This document shows, piece by piece, positions 34,501 through 39,643 of a stretch of DNA of 39,643 nt. How positions within the stretch are numbered: the first letter of the stretch is position 1; each line of letters begins with the position of its first letter. The DNA comes from Raillietiella orientalis (lineage: Eukaryota). Under the pieces are notes generated by a model. That model did no database searches and was not told the origin of the DNA. It worked only from the letters and a program-made list of their open reading frames with translations. Both the position numbers and the translations under genes were made by a program. The stretch lies in the NCBI GenBank assembly GCA_036172245.1, contig JAYWIR010000181.1:1-39643 (forward strand), read 5' to 3'.

Positions 34501-35940
34501 GCGGCATTATTATTCCTCCCTCTACGCTAGAGCGCCCCCAGAGCGAAACGCCTCCCGGCTCCTGCTTCCGGATGGAGGCCAGACAATAGGGGAGGAGGAG
34601 AGGAGCAGCCTCGGCGAGCCTTTTTCTACCGGTGAAATTCTCGCCGGTATCAGAATGCTCAGGAAGCGTAAGTCGCCAGGAAAGGACGGCCTGCCTGCGG
34701 AATTTTTTCAATGCTTCGCGACAGAGCTGGCCTCCCTGGTGCTCCAGTTGACCGGGCTGATCCGAGACGAAGACGACGTTCCCGCCTCGTTTCGGTCAGC
34801 CCGTGTGAGGCTCCTCCCTAAAAGAGGAGACCTGAGATCCTTAGGCAATTGGCGTCCGATCACAATTGTGAATACGGACGCCTAGCTGGTCGCTGGACTG
34901 TGGCCTTCGCGTCTAGGACAGGTGGCAGATCCCATAATTAGCTCGGAGCAGACATACGCTGTTCACGGGCGAAGTATGGATGCTAACCTGTTTTTCGAGA
35001 GCACATGGTTCCATGTGCAGCGCTGCCTAAATGAAACTGGCGGAAAGATTGGCAACCCCACTTTGGGGCCGCCAGCTGGGCTGGGAATGGACACCCGGGC
35101 TGGGAAGGGGGCCCTAGCGATCGCGGTTGATATCCATAAGGCGTTCGACTGCGTTGACCAGGAGCTATTGCTGGAGCTCCTGGGTCGCATGGGCTTCCCA
35201 CCTTTCCTTCTCTCCTTCCTGCGCTCCTGCTGGCGGAATGCGATGATTACCGTCTCTTTGAGCGGTCACAAGGTGTATGGCGTGCCGGTGCGGCGGGGCA
35301 TACTGCAGGGCGATAGCCTCAGTCCCCTGCTCTTTAGCACCTACTTTGAGTTGGTGCTGAGAGCGTACAGGGTGACTTTGGCTGCCCTGCCCAGCTCGTG
35401 GCCCTGCACGCCCGCCGTAGCAGCATACGCCGACCAACTTCTGCTCATGTTGCCCATGTCCGCCCCGGCAGCCGCAGTCGAGGATTTCTTCGACCTGCTA
35501 AGTCATGGGACTGGACTTCTGGTAAACAAGGCGAAGTCGTCGGTCGTACCGGTGGGTGCGACGTGAGTCGGACGGCCTGACTGGATCCGCTTGGGGATCC
35601 CCGCATCCAAATACTTAAAGTACCTGGGTGTCCCGTTGGGGGAATTCTGCCTCGCAGAAGCCTGGTCAGGTCGTCTCCAAAAGGTAGAGTTGGCAATCGG
35701 CCCGTTCCTGGAAGGCAGGTTCCTTCTGCCGGAACGGGCCGCGGTGTGGAACGCGTTGGCGGCTTCCATCCTCCGCCTTCTGCTTTCTGTTTGCCCCGTC
35801 CCCCGTGACATTAAAAAGAGGACCAAGGACCCACTCCGCATCGCCCTCTGGGGCAGAGGGAGGCCACGTGTGTTTCTAGATGACTTATGCGCTCCTCGTC
35901 GGGACGGCGGTCTCGGCCTCCTGACGCTGGAGCGCCGTTG
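31600..35940 (+). mobile_element. Element B: L1/Tx1-like non-LTR retrotransposon (short 5' leader, ORF1, APE-RT ORF2); decayed, 3' end missing
   Basis: ORF1 with two CCHC knuckles is followed by an APE endonuclease and a complete RT in canonical order. It breaks off after LCAPRRDGGLGL with no C-terminal domain, 3' UTR or tail. The 5' boundary is approximate. Confidence 0.93.
31687..33398 (+). pseudogene. Element B ORF1 (gag-like nucleic-acid-binding protein; putative RRM-like region + 2 CCHC knuckles + low-complexity tail)
   Basis: ATG 31687 (MAAMPE..RTWSAMVS..HLWFI) appears to frameshift near 31895 into the 31659-33215 frame. Knuckles CGYCDEVGHLRKRC and CHLCGVKGHVRRVC lie at 32358-32453. 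After TGA 33213-33215 the frame stays open for 60 more Pro/Glu-rich codons to TAA 33396-33398, so that TGA is probably premature. Both ends are inferred. Confidence 0.8.
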
Positions 35941-35941
35941 A
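33470..35941 (+). pseudogene. Element B ORF2: APE endonuclease + reverse transcriptase, one frame interrupted by three stops
   Basis: Track ORFs 33470, 34445, 34922 and 35591 are all in the same frame. APE motifs: ASWNVNGL, LQE, NVYAP, AGDFN, IDH, SDH. RT motifs: SPGKDG, LLPK..WRPI, DIHKAFD, GILQGDSLSP, YADQ, GLLVNKAKS, KYLGV. Stops: TAA 34328-30, TAG 34883-85 (Lys in copy A), TGA 35564-66. Confidence 0.93.
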
Positions 35942-35942
35942 C

Positions 35943-36858
35943 CTCCGTACGCCGTTGACCATCAATGGCAAGGAAGTCCTACCTACCGCGATGGACGACT
36001 CTTTTGTTGTTCAATTGTGCGACATCGAACCGGAAATCTCCGACCGCGATCTCGTAAGTGTGCTGGCGAAGTTCGCCACCGTGCACGCTCTGTGGAGGAG
36101 GCCAAATCGTCTAAAGAATTTCCACTCTGTCCACATTGGACAAGCCTCCGCGCGGATCAACGTCGCGAACAGGCGTGTTGTGCCTGAGCAGCTGCAGGTG
36201 AACGGCACGGTCGTTCACCTGTGGTTCATAGGCCAGACTCGCGCGTGCGAGCAGTGCGGCAAGGATGGGGACCGAACCAAAGAGGGCCCCTCTCCAAGAT
36301 GCCGCTATTGCAAAGATTCCGGTCACGAAATCAAAAAGTGCCCGGTACTTGCAAGAAAAAAAGCCGCAGCGGAAATCCGTCGGGTTCAAGAAACCACTGC
36401 ACGAAAAGCCGCAGCGGCAAATAAAAAACGTCGTCCGCAAATACTCGGAAAAAACAACGAGCGATCCGCGGATGAAAGGAAAGCATCCCCGCCCGCAACG
36501 CCCCGAAAGGGAAAAGTCACGGCGGGGAAGCCAATTAAAAAGGGCCGCGAGGGTTTGACGCGTACCGTGCCTTCCCTCTCTGCCGAACTCGCGAGCACCT
36601 CTCCGAGCAAAGAACCAGGAAATCTTCGTAACACCCTGGAGGAAAAGGTAGGAAAACAGGAAGATCGCAACAGTGCGAAGACTTCTTGCCCCGTTCCGTT
36701 GTCCCTTCCAAATTCCGGAAAGCCCCACTGCAGCGCAGGCCCCCCTGAAAGGCTACGAAAGCCGTGAAAAGAAGCGTCGCGACGAGCAAAAGCACGCTGC
36801 ATGCAGTCGCCCCATCGCCGACTCGGCAGTTTTCCCCAAGTCCCACGAGGGGTGGGGT
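35943..36858 (+). mobile_element. Element C: 5'-truncated ORF1 fragment of a different L1/Tx1-like family
   Basis: LRTPLTINGKEVLPTAMDDS..HALW..GQASA..LWFIGQTRACEQC aligns with B ORF1 NTPLNVDGRKILPVRMDRS..HALW..GQAAA..LWYVGKPRYCGYC. Knuckles at 36246-36341: the first is degenerate (CEQCGKDGDRTKEG), the second intact (CRYCKDSGHEIKKC). Lys/Arg-rich tail. Confidence 0.88.
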
Positions 36859-36861
36859 AAA

Positions 36862-36867
36862 TTTATT
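36862..36867 (-). promoter_or_regulatory. Putative polyadenylation signal AATAAA at the 3' terminus of element D
   Basis: TTTATT on the + strand, ~105 bp downstream of the ORF2 stop and a few bases before the junction with GC-rich element C. Confidence 0.55.
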
Positions 36868-36970
36868 TTTCTAAAATTTTTCTATAAAAACATTCACACT
36901 ACAATCTCATCCATACTATTAGCACTTCTTTTACCACTATGAAGTCCTTGAATTCTCACAAGTTCTGCAC

Positions 36971-39643
36971 TCATGGTGGGTTTCCTGCTGTTTGGTCCCG
37001 GGCGTCGTCTTCTATCCTCTTCAGGATGAATCGGTACGTCCAGGCTTGGATTCTCTCACAGTTTCTAATGCCGATTTCCCTCTTCAGGAGCCCTTGTAGC
37101 ATCTCCATCGGTGGTGCTACTCTTCTGGCTTTCCTCATTTTCCACCACCGCACAAGTGTGGCGGTGATGAAGAGGGCCATGGTCTTCCTCACCATGGGAT
37201 TGTAACAGGGAACATTACCATCCCCCTGAAACATCCCGGCGAGGATCTCCATTACGGATCTGTTCGTAAGTCCGATGATCCTTTTCAGGATCAGCCAGTC
37301 ATGCAGCAATGTGGGACACGTCAAGACGTGAAGTCTCGTGTCGATGTCTCCACATGCTGTGCTGTCTCGATCTTCCCTTCTTCCGGTGTAGTGCTGCAAT
37401 CGGGACCCACTCTGGATTCCACCACGATAAAACATCAGGAGGTCACCCTGGGTGCCCGGCGGAAGGTCACTCCTCCAGAACGTCGTGCCAATCGCTAACA
37501 GGTTGATCCGGTCACTCCCGTAGCAATCGGCGGCTTCCTGGAGAGCACTAATATCACTGTGTTCTTCTTGAATTAGTCTTCGGAGGTTTGTTTTGGTTAC
37601 CTTGGACCACGCAAAGTCGTTGTGATTGAACCACACTTCGCGAGTCATGTGGGTAAACCTTCCTAACATCATCTCTATATACCTAAGTATACGAGTGTGA
37701 TGTAGGTACCCTCCTCGTTTCCACTCCTGGATTCGTTGAAGGGTAACTCTGGACCGCTGGTGGATCCAGCTTTTCGTGTCCGGAGGGACAGGAAGCATCC
37801 AAATAATCACCAGGATGGACTCGTCCTGCCAGAGTTCCCTTCTTCTCAACACGATCTTGATTTTTTGCTTTCGCACAAGCCGTTGCTTCCTCGTCCAGGT
37901 TGCATCGAATTTCTTCCATTCGCCTGCTCGGCCTAGCAGCGCAGCCATCAGGCCTTTCCAGTTGTTCAACAACAACGCGTACGGCCAGTCATCCCAGTGA
38001 GTGGCAATGTCCAGGATGTGTCGCGTATCCGTGATTTCTATGGAGTGTGCAAGCGACTTCATCCCGGAACCGCCTTCTTTCCTGGGACGACACAGGGGTT
38101 GTAGTCGGACTCTTGGACGATAGTGGCCCCGCAGTGTTTTTCTCTGCAGCTTGTCGAACTCCCTCGTGGTTTCCTTGTTCATCCTCGCGAAGGCCGCCCC
38201 GAAGAGCACTTTTGGAAGGAGTACTCCGTTCCATATGTTGGACTTTCGCTTCATTCCAAGATCAGTTCGGGTGTACTTGGCTGCTTCCTTGGCCGTTTTC
38301 ACTAGGATCTCGGTCCACAATAGCTTCGACGCGGAGACGTCGCCAATGTAGACACCCAGGTCCTTGGCCTTGCCCACCGTTCGGAATCCTCGCCACGCTG
38401 GAGTGGAGAGATCGTGGATTCCAACGGGCAAGATCTGGCTTTTCTGGGCGTTGATCTTAAGACCGAGGCCTTGATCCATCAGGTCTACCACATCCGGAAA
38501 CGCTCGTTGACTTCTCTCTCCCTTGATAAAGAAGAGTAGATCATCAGCGTATGCCAGATGAGTAAGACGCCGGCCATCGATTGTTATGCCTTGCAGTCGT
38601 CCGCTCTTCTCAATAAAGGACGACAACGCCTCCATGTAGATGACAAACAGCATCGGACTCAGCGAATCGCCCTGCCGGACATCCCGTTTCATCCGGATTG
38701 CTGCCGTCTCCTGGCCGTTGATTTTGATTCGGAGGTACTGCTTCTGGAGTACCACCCTCACGAAGTTGCTGAAGTGTTCCGGAAGGCCTAGCTTCTCCAG
38801 AACCTTCAGCAGCATCCCATGGTCGATGGAGTCGAAAGCCTTCTCCATGTCAGTGAACACGAGCACCAGATTCTCGCCGACGTATCGACAGGGTCCGACG
38901 GTGGCCTGGGAACACTTGACATTGTCCGACATGTGACGTCCAGGGACTGCACACGTTTGGACCGGAGAGATGAGCCTCGACATGACCTTGCCTAACCGGT
39001 TGGACCAGATCTTCCCTAACCACTTGCCATCGGAGTTCAGGATCGAGATTGGCCTCCATTGAGCGACCTGCGTGAGGTCGCCTCCTTTTGGCAACAATCT
39101 CATCCGACTCTCGTAGAAGGACTGTGCAAGTCTTCTTTCTTCGCGGATGCAGAGGGACAACTGGTGGAACAAACGCAGGTACGCATGCAAGTACCGCTGA
39201 TAGTGAGTGATGGGTACGCTGTCAGGGCCCGCTGCCACGTCCTTGCGTAGTTGACCAAACACAGTCTTCACCTCGTCTTCGGAGAATTTCTCCTCCAGTC
39301 TGTACCGCTGGAGATCGTCGTTCCTCTTCTCGAGGTAGCTCAGAAAGGCCTGTTGACTAAAGCGACAGAGATGTTGTCGCCTAAAGTGTTCCGTGTAATG
39401 CCTTTCAAAGGCATCCACGATGTCCTCAGACGACTGTCGCTTTTGACCGTCGTACTGGATGCAGAAGATATCTGTTGCCAGATTTCTCTTCTCCAGCACA
39501 CCGACTTCCCCTTTTATGTTCCTGAAGACGTACCGACTCTCGTACTGATCGAAGTACTTTGAGAGTGAGCGATCTTGGATGTTCAGCTCCCGGTACCCCT
39601 CCTGCCTCAAGCGCCTATCTCCGAACTCCATGTTTGCAAACAG
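36971..39643 (-). CDS. Element D ORF2 (partial): linker, reverse transcriptase, thumb and C-terminal Zn-binding region
   Basis: 886 aa from the ATG at 39631, and the frame is open to the window end. Motifs: AGPDS, LLPKGGDL..WRPISILNSD.K, QTCAVPGR, DMEKAFD, VRQGDSLSP, YADD (38540-38551), GLKINAQKS, LGV, and C-terminal S-x2-C-x7-H-x3-C (37316-37363). Confidence 0.92.
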   Translation of the reverse strand: MFANMEFGDRRLRQEGYRELNIQDRSLSKYFDQYESRYVFRNIKGEVGVLEKRNLATDIFCIQYDGQKRQSSEDIVDAFERHYTEHFRRQHLCRFSQQAFLSYLEKRNDDLQRYRLEEKFSEDEVKTVFGQLRKDVAAGPDSVPITHYQRYLHAYLRLFHQLSLCIREERRLAQSFYESRMRLLPKGGDLTQVAQWRPISILNSDGKWLGKIWSNRLGKVMSRLISPVQTCAVPGRHMSDNVKCSQATVGPCRYVGENLVLVFTDMEKAFDSIDHGMLLKVLEKLGLPEHFSNFVRVVLQKQYLRIKINGQETAAIRMKRDVRQGDSLSPMLFVIYMEALSSFIEKSGRLQGITIDGRRLTHLAYADDLLFFIKGERSQRAFPDVVDLMDQGLGLKINAQKSQILPVGIHDLSTPAWRGFRTVGKAKDLGVYIGDVSASKLLWTEILVKTAKEAAKYTRTDLGMKRKSNIWNGVLLPKVLFGAAFARMNKETTREFDKLQRKTLRGHYRPRVRLQPLCRPRKEGGSGMKSLAHSIEITDTRHILDIATHWDDWPYALLLNNWKGLMAALLGRAGEWKKFDATWTRKQRLVRKQKIKIVLRRRELWQDESILVIIWMLPVPPDTKSWIHQRSRVTLQRIQEWKRGGYLHHTRILRYIEMMLGRFTHMTREVWFNHNDFAWSKVTKTNLRRLIQEEHSDISALQEAADCYGSDRINLLAIGTTFWRSDLPPGTQGDLLMFYRGGIQSGSRLQHYTGRREDRDSTACGDIDTRLHVLTCPTLLHDWLILKRIIGLTNRSVMEILAGMFQGDGNVPCYNPMVRKTMALFITATLVRWWKMRKARRVAPPMEMLQGLLKREIGIRNCERIQAWTYRFILKRIEDDARDQTAGNPP

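Larger units (their letters stand above)
36859..39643 (-). mobile_element. Element D: 3' part of an L1/Tx1-like non-LTR retrotransposon (continues past the right window edge)
   Basis: Long RT ORF followed by a ~110-bp AT-rich 3' UTR with AATAAA, abutting element C in opposite orientation. Confidence 0.93.

Noticed and set aside
31578..36860. Common target motif at the B 5' flank (TCCCTCTCCTCGAGAG) and D 3' flank (CCCCACCCCTCGTGGG); GGGGTAAA at 31378 and 36855
   Set aside because: The match is low-complexity, involves only two sites and depends on an uncertain B boundary. The 31378 motif lies inside A's coding sequence, not at a junction.
32175..39562. Long antisense and alternate-frame ORFs (e.g. 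32175-33203, 32528-33262, 36111-36728)
   Set aside because: These are shadows of GC-rich retroelement coding sequence with no recognisable motifs.

Overview
This window is eukaryotic repetitive, heterochromatin-like DNA with no host gene, in three layers. (1) Positions 1-27199 are a tandem satellite of about 98 copies of a 278-bp monomer. It is highly homogeneous to about 19.9 kb with irregular higher-order blocks, then progressively more diverged toward its right edge. (2) Positions 27198-30560 are a second, more diverged satellite of about 18.7 copies of a 180-bp monomer, fused directly to the first. (3) Positions 30558-39643 are a gap-free stack of four non-LTR retrotransposon pieces (L1/Tx1-like; APE endonuclease + RT, CCHC-knuckle ORF1). 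A (-) is an ORF2 fragment, B (+) is a 5'-complete but decayed and 3'-truncated element, C (+) is an ORF1 fragment of another family, and D (-) has an 886-aa open ORF2 and its 3' end. By eye both satellites appear built from ~90-bp subunits (278 = 3 x ~93, 180 = 2 x 90) and share a colinear ~100-bp homology, suggesting a common ancestor. The satellite/satellite/LINE-island layout resembles a (peri)centromeric boundary, which is inference only. The ORFs called in the satellites are treated as artefacts. The organism cannot be identified from the sequence.
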